This document shows positions 18,754-29,200 of a DNA stretch of 64,000 nucleotides, piece by piece. The notes under the pieces were generated by a model. That model did not search any database. It was not told the DNA's origin and worked only from the letters and a program-made list of their open reading frames with translations. Positions within the stretch are counted from its first letter, which is position 1. Every line of letters begins with the position of its first letter. This DNA is from a virus, in IMG/VR virus record IMGVR_UViG_3300037070_001066, positions 32,001 to 96,000 of that record; one strand, written 5' to 3'. Position numbers and translations under genes: made by a program.

Positions 18754-19315
18754 TAAGAGTAGATATAACAAGTCCAAAACCTATCTTTTACCATTGATCT
18801 CTGAGGTCGTTGGTATAGAAAGTGACTTCATAGACTACTTGGAAGATACTTACTTGTTTGATGAACAAGGCGAATTTAAAAATTGTATTTTTATAAAGTA
18901 TGAATCTGATTTTAGGAATCCTGATTTTACTTCATATGAGTATAAATTGACGAATAGTTCTTATTTTGTTAAGCACGTAGATATTGGAAATAAAGTAGTC
19001 TATGTTTTCAACTTTCCAGAAGAATATCTTCCTGAGTATAATCATTTTATAAACGGGGAATATTCAAGATTTGGAGAGGATGCTAAGATTTTAATCTTGC
19101 ATTTTTGGACTCAAATGTATGGTAGAACTGCTTCTGGAATCAACGCGATTCTTAAGATAAAACAAGTACTATATAGAGACAAAAAACTAAAGCAACAAAT
19201 AGAAGAGCGTTTAAGTTCAGAGCACTGTCGCATTATCTTAGATGATAATGCTGAATTAGGGGATTTGGTTTTATTGGAAGATGAAACTTTTAAATTAAAT
19301 GATAGTGATTTATGA
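18716..19315 (+). CDS. hypothetical protein (crAss-like conserved)
   Basis: KSKTYLLP...F..GEYS.F pattern; true start probably TTG near 18746. Confidence 0.6.
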   Translation: MLNLKIILLKLTSKSRYNKSKTYLLPLISEVVGIESDFIDYLEDTYLFDEQGEFKNCIFIKYESDFRNPDFTSYEYKLTNSSYFVKHVDIGNKVVYVFNFPEEYLPEYNHFINGEYSRFGEDAKILILHFWTQMYGRTASGINAILKIKQVLYRDKKLKQQIEERLSSEHCRIILDDNAELGDLVLLEDETFKLNDSDL

Positions 19316-19328
19316 AAGGGGATATTAA

Positions 19329-21197
19329 ATGAATTTGAACTTAGATAAGCAAATATTAAGTGATATAACGGTACATACAAAGTACGCGAAATACTTACCT
19401 GTAGAACAACGTAGAGAGACGTGGGCGGAATTAGTCAATAGGAATATGAACATGCACATTAAGAAGCATCCAACTTTAGAGGAGGATATCAAATATGTGT
19501 ATGAACATTACGTAATGACGAAGAAAATCCTACCTTCCATGCGAAGTCTTCAGTTTGGTGGTAAAGCCATTGAGTTAAATAATAGTAGAATATATAATTG
19601 TGCATTCTTGCCTATTGATGATATACGGAGTTTCAGTGAAACAATGTTCTTATTGTTAGGTGGATGTGGAGTTGGATATAGTGTTCAAGGACATCATATC
19701 GATAAGTTACCTGAGATTAGGAAGCCTAACTATAGCCGTAGAAAGCGATATGTAGTACAGGATAGTATAATTGGGTGGGCTGATGCTATAAAAACTTTAT
19801 TTAAATCATATACTGGCTCTATTAATTCACATATTGAATTTGATTTATCAGATATAAGGCCAAAAGGAGCACTTTTGGTGACAGCAGGTGGTAAAGCGCC
19901 AGGCCCGGAGCCTTTGCGTATTGCCCTTGTTAAAATAGAAGCAATTCTTCGAGAGAAGAATGACACTTCAAAACTTACAGACATTGAATGCCACAGAATT
20001 CAATGTTTTATCGCAGATGCTGTACTAGCGGGTGGCATAAGAAGAGCAGCTATGATAAGCTTATTCGATTTAGATAGTGATTCTATGTTAAATTGCAAAG
20101 CTGGTAGCTGGTGGGAGACTATGCCAGAATTAGGTAGAGCGAACAATTCAGTCGTATTACTTAGACATAAAATTGATAAAAAGACTTTTGACAAAGTTTG
20201 GGAACGTATAGAAGTTTCAGGTTCCGGCGAGCCAGGTATATACCTTACTAATGACAAAGATTGGGGAACTAACCCTTGTTGTGAAATTGCGCTTAGACCT
20301 TATCAATTCTGTAACCTATGCGAGATCAATATGTCTAACATACAATCACAGGCCGATCTTAATGAAAGAGCGAGTGCAGCTTCCTTCGTAGGCACGTTAC
20401 AAGCCTCGTATACGGACTTTCATTACCTTCGTGATGTATGGAGAAAGAATACAGAAAAGGATGCCTTAATTGGTGTCTCAATGACTGGAATTGCATCAAA
20501 AAGTAATCTTGAATTAGACTATTCAGTAGCTAGTGAAATAGTTGTTGAACAGAACAGAGTTACAGCTGAAAGGCTTGGAATAAATCAGGCAGCTCGTACT
20601 ACAGCAGTTAAGCCTGCAGGAACAACTTCGTTGGTCTTAGGTACGTCATCTGGAATCCATGCTTGGCATAATGATTATTATATTCGTAGAATTAGATTAG
20701 GAAAGAATGAAGCAATTTATACTTACCTTTCTATCTATCATCCAGAGCTTCTAGAAGATGAATATTTTAATCCTAAGTCACAAGCAATCATCGCTGTACC
20801 ACAGAAGGCTCCTGAAGGGGCTATAACTCGTCATGAATCAACGATCGACCTATTAGAGAGGGTAAAGCTCATTTCAAAAGAATGGGTTAAAACAGGGCAC
20901 TTAAAAGGGCAAAACACGCACAATGTTTCTTGCACAGTATCTGTTAGACCTGACGAATGGAAAATAGTTGGAGAGTGGATGTGGGTTAATAAAGATTATT
21001 ATAATGGACTTTCTGTATTGCCATTTGATGGTGGTACATATAAACAAACTCCGTTCGAGGATTGTTCTAAAGAGACTTATGACAATATGATGAAAACATT
21101 GAAAGGTGTAGATTTATCTAAAGTTGTAGAGCTTCAAGACAATACATCGCTGAATGAAAATTTAGCGTGTGGACCAGGAGGATGTGAAATATTGTAA
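19329..21197 (+). CDS. nrdJ: class II (adenosylcobalamin-dependent) ribonucleotide reductase
   Basis: RRETW, YNC, GCGVG.S, RRAA, RANNS, TNPCCEI, FCNL.E, VKPAGTTS, C-terminal CGPGGCEI; no beta subunit gene adjacent. Confidence 0.93.
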   Translation: MNLNLDKQILSDITVHTKYAKYLPVEQRRETWAELVNRNMNMHIKKHPTLEEDIKYVYEHYVMTKKILPSMRSLQFGGKAIELNNSRIYNCAFLPIDDIRSFSETMFLLLGGCGVGYSVQGHHIDKLPEIRKPNYSRRKRYVVQDSIIGWADAIKTLFKSYTGSINSHIEFDLSDIRPKGALLVTAGGKAPGPEPLRIALVKIEAILREKNDTSKLTDIECHRIQCFIADAVLAGGIRRAAMISLFDLDSDSMLNCKAGSWWETMPELGRANNSVVLLRHKIDKKTFDKVWERIEVSGSGEPGIYLTNDKDWGTNPCCEIALRPYQFCNLCEINMSNIQSQADLNERASAASFVGTLQASYTDFHYLRDVWRKNTEKDALIGVSMTGIASKSNLELDYSVASEIVVEQNRVTAERLGINQAARTTAVKPAGTTSLVLGTSSGIHAWHNDYYIRRIRLGKNEAIYTYLSIYHPELLEDEYFNPKSQAIIAVPQKAPEGAITRHESTIDLLERVKLISKEWVKTGHLKGQNTHNVSCTVSVRPDEWKIVGEWMWVNKDYYNGLSVLPFDGGTYKQTPFEDCSKETYDNMMKTLKGVDLSKVVELQDNTSLNENLACGPGGCEIL

Positions 21198-21204
21198 GGT
21201 TAAA

Positions 21205-21237
21205 GGGTTGGGGGAATATTTCCCCCTTCCTAACTTT
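21205..21237 (+). terminator. probable terminator hairpin after nrdJ
   Basis: gggggaa-tat-ttccccc stem with a weak U tract. Confidence 0.55.
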
Positions 21238-21250
21238 AAAAAAGATAATT

Positions 21251-21439
21251 ATGGAAATTTTATTTTTTGCTTTATTTGTAATTTACTCATTAATTACAGC
21301 CTTATGGGTGGCTAATCTTGCTGAATCTAAAGGCATTGAATTTTTAAATGCATTTTTGGTATCTTTCTTTTTAGGTCCAATCATTGGGTTACTGTATGTT
21401 GTTGTTAAATCTCTTGATTCAAATTGTAGTTGTAAATAA
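21251..21439 (+). CDS. small two-TM membrane protein
   Basis: Two hydrophobic segments; A..KG...F..S.FL.PIIG pattern. Confidence 0.65.
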   Translation: MEILFFALFVIYSLITALWVANLAESKGIEFLNAFLVSFFLGPIIGLLYVVVKSLDSNCSCK

Positions 21440-21483
21440 TTATTTTTAGTGGATGCACATGCGTCATTTAAACATGTTATTCT

Positions 21484-22764
21484 ATGGAAGCAAATGAATT
21501 AAAGAATACTATACAAGATTTTGCTATTGAGAAATGGAAATCCAAAGATAAGGTTGGAACTATAGAAACACCTTCATTAAACAGTAAAACTTTTATATTT
21601 CTGAAAGCTCTTTATACTATGCCTAAAGACGATAAGAAGACAATTCACTTGTTCTTATCTGAAACTATGACTAGGGAAAAAGAAGCTTTGGCTGAGATAG
21701 TTAAGTTTGATGAAATTTTTAATTTAGATGTTTTAAGAGATTATAATCTGCAGTTCTTTTCATATGTTGGAGTTTCATCTTGGCAGAATAGAGAATTTGG
21801 CTTAGTTTGTTGTGATAAATTTCAAGAACAATTAACCGTTGGGAATTTTAAATTCCATCTAAATAATAAGTATAAAGCTCTAATTGGAGTTACCAATTCT
21901 ATAAACAAGTATAGTTTCTTTAGTATCAAATCTGATCTATTATTATCATCTTATTTCGATAAGAAAGTGGTTAGTAAAGAAGAAATGCTTGATAAAATTG
22001 CTCCTGTCTGCTTTAAATATAATATTAGAGGTGATTACAAGAAACCAGTCAAGAATAAATTGAACATCTTTGTTATTAAGAACAAATTAGATGCAACAAA
22101 TCGTAATGTTAGACATGAAACTTTCAAATCTATAACTTACAAAACTGAAGAAGATTCATACAACCTTATAATGAGTGAGATCAATGAACTTAAACTTAGG
22201 ATTCCTGAAGAGGGAGAAGATTTGTTTGAGTTTACTGAAAATAAGATTGCAAGAATGAAGATACTTCTAAATAGAAGAAACAAACTACTTTATACGCTAG
22301 GCTCTAAAAAGATATTAGCTGAAGGTCTTTTGTTTAGGCTAAGAGGAAGAACAATGATTTTTGGCAACAATCTTCAATCATTGGAAATACTTACTGTAAG
22401 TAAGGTATTGTGTATGAAAAATACAGACGAAAGAAACTCTTTAATAAAGAGAACTTTTGATAATGGAAAATTGAGAGCAATTAGCAACTATTGTGATATG
22501 GAAGAAAATCCTGATATATCAATGGCTGACAATTGTTTATTCAAAGATGTTCCACAATCAAAAGAAGACTTTGTTGAAAAGATTGCTAGCTTAAGAACTT
22601 TAAACAAGGAAAAAGCTGGTAATGTCTTTATTTTTGTAACTGAAGGAACACAAGAAGTTGCGTGGTTGAATGAGTCTCTAAAAGGACTTAATGAACACAA
22701 ATACATGCTTTGTGACAATTTAATTTCAACTTTTAACAAATATTCAATAATTGAAGACTACTAA
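21484..22764 (+). CDS. SF2 helicase-like protein with degenerate motifs (probably inactive)
   Basis: IQ..A...W....GT.E..SLNSKT (Walker A remnant), LVCCDKFQ (DExH remnant), IGVTNS, IFVT.GTQE..W. Confidence 0.7.
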   Translation: MEANELKNTIQDFAIEKWKSKDKVGTIETPSLNSKTFIFLKALYTMPKDDKKTIHLFLSETMTREKEALAEIVKFDEIFNLDVLRDYNLQFFSYVGVSSWQNREFGLVCCDKFQEQLTVGNFKFHLNNKYKALIGVTNSINKYSFFSIKSDLLLSSYFDKKVVSKEEMLDKIAPVCFKYNIRGDYKKPVKNKLNIFVIKNKLDATNRNVRHETFKSITYKTEEDSYNLIMSEINELKLRIPEEGEDLFEFTENKIARMKILLNRRNKLLYTLGSKKILAEGLLFRLRGRTMIFGNNLQSLEILTVSKVLCMKNTDERNSLIKRTFDNGKLRAISNYCDMEENPDISMADNCLFKDVPQSKEDFVEKIASLRTLNKEKAGNVFIFVTEGTQEVAWLNESLKGLNEHKYMLCDNLISTFNKYSIIEDY

Positions 22765-23065
22765 TATGATTACAAAGGAAGAAAAAGATCAAGTGTACCA
22801 ACACTTGGTTGAAAAGAATTATCATCACTATAATCTTTTAAAAGCTTCTGAAGAACTACAAGAGTTAGCTCTTATATTGACACAGAAGGTTAATAAGAAG
22901 AATAATGTGCCTGATCAAAAGATTATTGATGAAATAGGAGATGTGAAGATAAGACTTAAGGTTTTAGAGAAAATGTTTCCTAAAGAATTAATAGACGAAA
23001 GAGTAAATAAAAAATTAACTTCATTTCAAAGTTATATCCAAACTGAGAAATACAAAAACATTTAA
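22751..23065 (+). CDS. MazG-like NTP pyrophosphohydrolase (likely start ATG 22766)
   Basis: K..EEL.EL ... DEIGDV.I motifs. Confidence 0.8.
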   Translation: MKTTNMITKEEKDQVYQHLVEKNYHHYNLLKASEELQELALILTQKVNKKNNVPDQKIIDEIGDVKIRLKVLEKMFPKELIDERVNKKLTSFQSYIQTEKYKNI

Positions 23066-23069
23066 AAAC

Positions 23070-23888
23070 ATGAGAACAGTAGAATGTAAAAAGTTAGGAA
23101 GCGTTACGTCTTTAACAGTTGGAAAAGTATATAATATCATTGAAGAAACTAATGATCGATTTTCTATTGAAAACGACAAAGGCGTTCAGATGAGGTATGG
23201 TAAGAATTTGTTTAATAATCCTGTAGAAGTTCCTGTAGAAGACAATCCATTATTAGGATTACCAGGAGCACCTGTAAGAAGAGGTCCTGGAAGACCAAGA
23301 GGAAGAGCAGTAGGTCAAGAAGGTAGAATGCTTGCTCCAGAAATGGCTCAAGTTCCTGCTCCAGCACCTGCACCTGTACCTGTTGTTAATCAAATTCAAA
23401 TTAACACTTCTGCAAGCAATTCTAATGGACTTGTATCATTTAGAGTAGAGTCTATATTCTTGCAAGATGTAGTTCATACATATTCTACTGGGAATATTAT
23501 CTCTACAAATGGTATTTCTGCATCTTGTGGTATTCAATCTTTAAGTGGTCTTGATGAATTAAGATATCATATTACTCAATTAAGATCTGAATTTACGATC
23601 TTCGTAAATGAAAATCGAGGAAGATTTATATTAGCTGGAGATATTGACTTAAATTTACTATTTGAAGAAATTGCTGTTGCATTGGTTCAAGACCTTGTAG
23701 CTTCTTATCAAGGAGGAGATGCAGACATCAAAGCAGGTATCTTGATTTTATCTACAACAGAAGATTCAATCAGACAAGAACCTTGTTTAAGAAGAGCACT
23801 TAATAATGCCTCTGCTGGAAACATTCCTGTTTACAATCCAAATAGCGGTAATGATATTGTTATGTGGAATATACCTGTTGAGGCATAA
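23070..23888 (+). CDS. hypothetical protein with N-terminal SH3-like module and AT-hook-like motif
   Basis: LTVGKVY.I..E....F.I.ND.G....Y...LF; RRGPGRPRGR; Pro/Ala linker; C-terminal NPNSGN. Confidence 0.6.
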   Translation: MRTVECKKLGSVTSLTVGKVYNIIEETNDRFSIENDKGVQMRYGKNLFNNPVEVPVEDNPLLGLPGAPVRRGPGRPRGRAVGQEGRMLAPEMAQVPAPAPAPVPVVNQIQINTSASNSNGLVSFRVESIFLQDVVHTYSTGNIISTNGISASCGIQSLSGLDELRYHITQLRSEFTIFVNENRGRFILAGDIDLNLLFEEIAVALVQDLVASYQGGDADIKAGILILSTTEDSIRQEPCLRRALNNASAGNIPVYNPNSGNDIVMWNIPVEA

Positions 23889-23891
23889 AAT

Positions 23892-23925
23892 AAAAAGCCC
23901 TGTAGACAATTAAGTTTACAGGGCT
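23892..23925. terminator. stem-loop, probable terminator
   Basis: agccctgtagac-aattaa-gtttacagggct with upstream A tract. Confidence 0.65.
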
Positions 23926-23966
23926 ATAATACCTTCTAAATAGATAATAACAAAAACAGTGACAAA

Positions 23967-24188
23967 ATGGCAAATCGTGTTTTATTTACAAATGTTAAGT
24001 ACTGGGTTGGAGGTGGTAAAAGTGGGAAGCCTTTAAGGATTCGAAAACACCAAAACATTCATTTGACGATTCATATGCCAGTTGATGGAATAAAACCATA
24101 TTACTTGGATATACTGTCTGATGGAAAATACATGTCTACAAAACTAACCAAAATTAAAATTAGAAATCATGAGCAACTACAAGAATAG
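23967..24188 (+). CDS. hypothetical protein
   Basis: 73-aa basic ORF. Confidence 0.5.
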   Translation: MANRVLFTNVKYWVGGGKSGKPLRIRKHQNIHLTIHMPVDGIKPYYLDILSDGKYMSTKLTKIKIRNHEQLQE

Positions 24189-24423
24189 ATATACTAATAG
24201 ATTGATTACGGAAACTGAATATTACAATTTGTTTCCATCTGAAAGAGGTGATTATGAAAGAATTAGTATTCATGATGTTCCTCAAAGAGATTCTGGTGGA
24301 GATTTTATGACATCTGCTGTGATTGGAGCTGTAACAGATTCTGCATTCCTAGGAGGTTTTATTGGAGGAGATATGCTAGGAGGAATTGTTGGAGATATAA
24401 TTGACGGTGATTTAGGAGACTAA
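24169..24423 (+). CDS. glycine-zipper small protein
   Basis: C-terminal G-x-x-G-G repeats (LGGFIGGDMLGGIVGD). Confidence 0.7.
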   Translation: MSNYKNRYTNRLITETEYYNLFPSERGDYERISIHDVPQRDSGGDFMTSAVIGAVTDSAFLGGFIGGDMLGGIVGDIIDGDLGD

Positions 24424-24914
24424 TGAGCGTCGTTAGATATATTTCTGACCTTCATCTTGGACACTTAAATATGGCTACTAAAAGAGGCTTTAAAGACCAA
24501 CATGAAATGAATGACCACATTATTAAGAGCTGGAACTCTGTAGTTGGAAGGAAAGATGTCACTTGGATACTTGGAGACATAACTATGGAGAAAGCGGTTC
24601 ACTATCATATGTTAAACAGACTTAATGGACTTAAAAAAGTTGTATTAGGAAATCATGATAGACCAGAACATGTGCCTCATTTACTAAATTACGTAAATAG
24701 TGTTTGCTCAATGAAATATCATAAAGATAAAGAATTTGGCAACGTTATATTTACACATGCTCCTATTCATCCTTGTGAATTAGACTATAGATTTACTATA
24801 AATATTCATGGTCATGATCACGAGAGAAATCTTAAGGATGAAAGATATATAAATATTTGTGCAGAATTTATAGACTATAAACCTAAATTACTAAGTGAAT
24901 TGATATGTCGATAA
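24423..24914 (+). CDS. calcineurin-like metallophosphoesterase
   Basis: SDLHLGH, LGD, GNHD, THAP, NIHGH.H. Confidence 0.92.
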   Translation: MSVVRYISDLHLGHLNMATKRGFKDQHEMNDHIIKSWNSVVGRKDVTWILGDITMEKAVHYHMLNRLNGLKKVVLGNHDRPEHVPHLLNYVNSVCSMKYHKDKEFGNVIFTHAPIHPCELDYRFTINIHGHDHERNLKDERYINICAEFIDYKPKLLSELICR

Positions 24915-25036
24915 TAAAATCAATAATTAATGGCAATGAAGTTTATGTATATTGGAATGGTGAATTGATTTACAAGAAATGGTTTAATCAAGAACACGGT
25001 GTTGTTTTTCAAAATTACAAAAGATGGCATACATAG
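24905..25036 (+). CDS. small hypothetical protein (not in ORF track)
   Basis: MSIIKSIINGNEVYVYWNGELIYKKWFNQEHGVVFQNYKRWHT*, 43 aa; fills the gap and overlaps both neighbours. Confidence 0.55.
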   Translation: MSIIKSIINGNEVYVYWNGELIYKKWFNQEHGVVFQNYKRWHT

Positions 25037-26106
25037 ACAGAGAATACCATAAATTGCTAAATGCAATTAAAAGAGATGGTTATACGTACGAAGATCCTAA
25101 CAGAGAAGGAGTTTTTAGGACAGAGATTACAAGTTTTACAATAAGGCATTTGTTTAAAAATGGATTTCCATTGATAAGTACAAGGGAGTTGAATTATAAT
25201 AATATTATAGTCGAACTTCTTTGGTTTCTTAAAGGAGATACAAACATTAAATATTTAGTTGACAGAGGTTGTAATATTTGGAATAAAGATGCTTATAAGT
25301 ATTATTTAAAAAAAGGAGGACACGCTTCTGAAAAAATGTTTAAAACTTTAGTATCACAACAAGATGAATTTGACTCAAGGATTAAAGATTATAAGTATGG
25401 TGATTTAGGTCCAGTTTATGGTAGACAGTGGCGTAATTTTAATGGAGTTGACCAAATAGCTAAGTTGATTAAAGGTCTTAAAGAAAAACCTTTAGGAACT
25501 GAACATATTGTAAACTCTTGGAATCCAGCAGATATTCCTGATATGGCTTTACCTCCTTGTCATTATGGATTTCAAGTTGTAGTTAGACCATTAACCGTAT
25601 CTGAAAGGTTTCATGCAACTCCTGGTGCTAATCTAAAAGATGTTGATGTGTTTGTTGAGAACGCACATATTATTTATTTAGATGGAATAGGGGCGCCTAA
25701 ATATGGCTTCGAATTACACTGGGAACAAAGATCTGTAGATACCTTCTTAGGTTTACCCTATAATATAGCCTCCTACGCTTCATTAGCGTTGATCTTAGAG
25801 AAGATAACAGGTCATGTGGCACTAGGTATCCAAGGAAATTTAAAGAAGGTGCATTTGTACGATAATAGCCTCAATGCAGTAGCTCAACAATTGAAGAATG
25901 ATCAGTATTTGAATGACGAATGTAAATTAGTATTTCCTGAAGACGAAGTTAATCCAGATGGACTTGATTTTAATCTTAGAATGGGATATTTAAGGGGGAA
26001 TTTGAGCCTAAATGATTTCATTGAGGAAATGAAACCTGAGTGGTTTTCTATTGAAGGGTATTCACCTTATCCTTCAATTAATGTACCAATGTTAGCAAAA
26101 GATTAA
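25024..26106 (+). CDS. thyA: thymidylate synthase
   Basis: ELLWFLKGDTN, IW, GDLGPVYG.QWR, MALPPCH, QRS.D.FLGLPYNIASY, HLY. Confidence 0.95.
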   Translation: MAYIDREYHKLLNAIKRDGYTYEDPNREGVFRTEITSFTIRHLFKNGFPLISTRELNYNNIIVELLWFLKGDTNIKYLVDRGCNIWNKDAYKYYLKKGGHASEKMFKTLVSQQDEFDSRIKDYKYGDLGPVYGRQWRNFNGVDQIAKLIKGLKEKPLGTEHIVNSWNPADIPDMALPPCHYGFQVVVRPLTVSERFHATPGANLKDVDVFVENAHIIYLDGIGAPKYGFELHWEQRSVDTFLGLPYNIASYASLALILEKITGHVALGIQGNLKKVHLYDNSLNAVAQQLKNDQYLNDECKLVFPEDEVNPDGLDFNLRMGYLRGNLSLNDFIEEMKPEWFSIEGYSPYPSINVPMLAKD

Positions 26107-26168
26107 TTATGTGGTGGATTGTTATTATTATAATTGTGTGGATATTATTATCTGAGGATTAAAAATGG

Positions 26169-26214
26169 AAAAACCGCTAGAAGACCTTAATTGGTTGTCT
26201 AGCGGTTTTTTTTT
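26169..26214. terminator. bidirectional intrinsic terminator at the convergence of the replication and virion modules
   Basis: aaaaaccgctaga...tctagcggttttttttt, with A/T tracts on both sides. Confidence 0.85.
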
Positions 26215-26227
26215 GACTTTTCAGAAG

Positions 26228-29200
26228 CTACTCTAATATCGTGTATAATTGATAATAATCTTTATCTAACTGAGACCATATTGGCACAAGTCTTTTAGTT
26301 GCTTTAACTAATTCATTCTTGTGTTTAGCGTCTTCATCTAAATATGAAAAGAAATTTTCATCATCCTCTGGGAAGAAGTTAATTGGAGTTACAACTTGTT
26401 GTATAAAGTCTAAACCTGTTTGTATTAATTTAATACCTGCAACAGGATTTGTTAAAATCTTAGCTGTCTCTCTAGGATCTCTAAATTGAGATAATTCAGA
26501 CTCTAATCTTCTAAGTTGATATACTAAGAACCATAATTCATCATCATCAGGGGCTGCTGCTCCTGCAATTAATGCTCCAATAGCTGGTAAAATTACAGAT
26601 GTTAACATTATCTCAAGAGTTGCTTTCTTTAAATTAGCCTTCTCGTGGTCTGATAATGAGTTATATACATCTTTCATATACATCAATTGCATAGACTTCA
26701 TTGATGGAACAACTCCATTTACGAAATATCTAGCTAAAGATGTGTAAATACCTTCAGTATATTCTTTCTTAGCAGAACTATAGTTTAATTCATCTTCAGT
26801 TAAGTCTTCTCTACTTTTAAGTGATGTAGATATACCTGTATATCTGTAAGCAAGAGCGCCTAAGAAGAAGTTTTTAAACATCATCACTAGTTTACCTGAG
26901 ATAGTTTTAGACAATTCATTCTTAAAGTTATTATCATAAACACCATACAAGTCAAATACTTTGCTCTTAATCAAAAGATTTATATGAGTTTTACCTCCTT
27001 TAGCATATTCAGTAGTAAGATTGTGTTTGGTAAATTTAACTTTATCGTCCATTACTAACTTACCTTTGTTGTCCATCTTAAGCATATCTAATAATGAAGA
27101 AGCTTTAGATTCATCTACAACTTTACCATTCTTATCTATAAATTTATTGTCAGAATTCATCACTTTAAGAGAGTCTAGTACGGCCATAGTAAGTATAGAG
27201 TTCATCATGTGCTCTCCAACTTCGTTTATACCATTCATATTCTTTCTAGAAGCTAACTTCTTTGCCAATGTATTTCTAAGATATTCTTGTGTAGCAGGAT
27301 CAAATCCTCCAAATACATCATACATTTCTAAAGTTTGATTTACAAAAGATGTTTTAACTGGATTACTTAAGTCAGACAATGTGTTAGGAAGTTCAGTTCC
27401 ATAAAGTTTCTCAGCTTTAAGTAAATTCTTAGGACTAATAACGTCTCCTCCAAATGACTCTATAAACAATTGAGTGAATCCATTGAATAAGTTAGCAGTT
27501 CCTGATGCTACGTTTAGAGACATAGCAATACTTGCAGTAGCTCCATTTACGTAAGATACAATCTTATTTCCATCTAAAGGACCTAATCTTCCTCCATGTT
27601 CATGAAATACATCATATATCATCCTGTCCATTAAACCTTTTATTCTCTTATATTCATTAGTAAATTCACCTGGAATAGTTACAACTGGCTGATTCTTGTT
27701 CCAAATATTCATTAAAGGAAGTCCAGTTTTAGTAGAAGTTTGAAAATACCTTTTACTTTTAGATACATCTGCCAACATAATAGCATTAGTTTCGACCTTA
27801 CTTTTCTCTCTAAAGCTAATAACATTGAAATATTCTTTTCTCAGCATTGTAGCTACGTCTAAAGATTGAGTTTTTGGATCTATATCACCTCTATAATGAA
27901 CTTTAACACCGCGAACAGACTCACCTGTTTTGTTATCTATAGCTTCACCATATCCAACATCATCTGGTTTAATCTCAGTAGCATCTGTCCACTTTTGTTT
28001 AACTAAGCCTTTAAAGTCTTTCTCTACACCTCTTTCGAAATCAGATTTAGTTATAGATGGAAACTTATAGAAACTTACTTGGCCTGTCTTTCTAACAAGA
28101 CTCCTACTTCCGCCTGTAGTTGTGTGACCTAATTTGGCTAAAGAAACTGCTTCTTTAAGCATTTCAGCACTAGCTCCAGTTGGTTTAGTATTTCTATATT
28201 TGTCTTTAGGATACCATTTAAGACCATGTTCATCAGATTGATCTCTAACTGTATGCTCTTTCATCCAGGCTTTAGTCTTCTGATACAATGCTTTGTATTC
28301 ATCATTCTTCATGAAATCTTTAGCCATTACAGCTCCTTCTGCTTTAAGTTTATCCTTCAATTCACTAAGCTCTAATTCCATAGGTTTGTATTCTTCTAAA
28401 TAGATATCTCTAAATTTTACACTATAAATACCTTTAAAGAAGTAATTACCATCTTTGTCTTGCTCATATATATCTTTATATAACTCAGACGGAGCAAGGT
28501 TACCTTTTTCTTTAACTAAATCATTAAAAACATTTTTAAGAGCTAAATCATAATCTTTGTACAAATCTATAATAGTATCTCTTGCTGCACTAATCATATT
28601 AGTGATTATTTGTATAAGTTTACTGTTAGTATTTAAAGGGTCTTCAAAGTTCTTTTTAAATGAACTTATGTCGAATGCTGGATTGTATACAATTTTCTCT
28701 GCAGCTTTAATTAAATCTTCTTCAAATAAATCTTTATCTCTAGTAGTCAACATTCTAGATGCATATTCAATTCTAGATTCACCAGTTATTTTCTTATCTA
28801 CATATTCTTTGTAAAGTCTATTTCTGTGATCTGTCTCTACTTGTGTATTAAACTTTGGATTAGCAAGAAATTTAACAGCTTGTTCGTTTTTTATAGCGTG
28901 AAACTGAGATTTAAGTGATTTACTTTCACCTGCAGCATAAGATATAATCTTTCTTATAGAATTAAAATCTTCAACTTCCTCTTCAGTTAAGTCTTTTTTA
29001 AGGACAGAGGCTCCAACAAGTTTACTTATATCATCAATAAGATCATATGCGGCTAGATACTCTTCATAACTATTTATAGTCTTAAGTAGATCTTCGTCTC
29101 TATAGTCTTTTGTTTTCTTATGAAGTCTTTCTAAACCTTTTGTAACTTGAATAACAGTTTTGTTTAATGTATTAGCATAACCTAAAATAACTTTAACTTT

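Noticed and set aside
328-23000. Short minus-strand ORFs within the + strand arm (e.g. 328-540, 2270-2593, 9540-9851, 15913-16230)
   Set aside because: They are antisense shadows of well-supported genes with no recognisable motifs
19329-26106. Introns or inteins in nrdJ and thyA (also checked for dnaB)
   Set aside because: ORFs are continuous with expected lengths and no intein C...HN motifs; the thyA insertions are short loops
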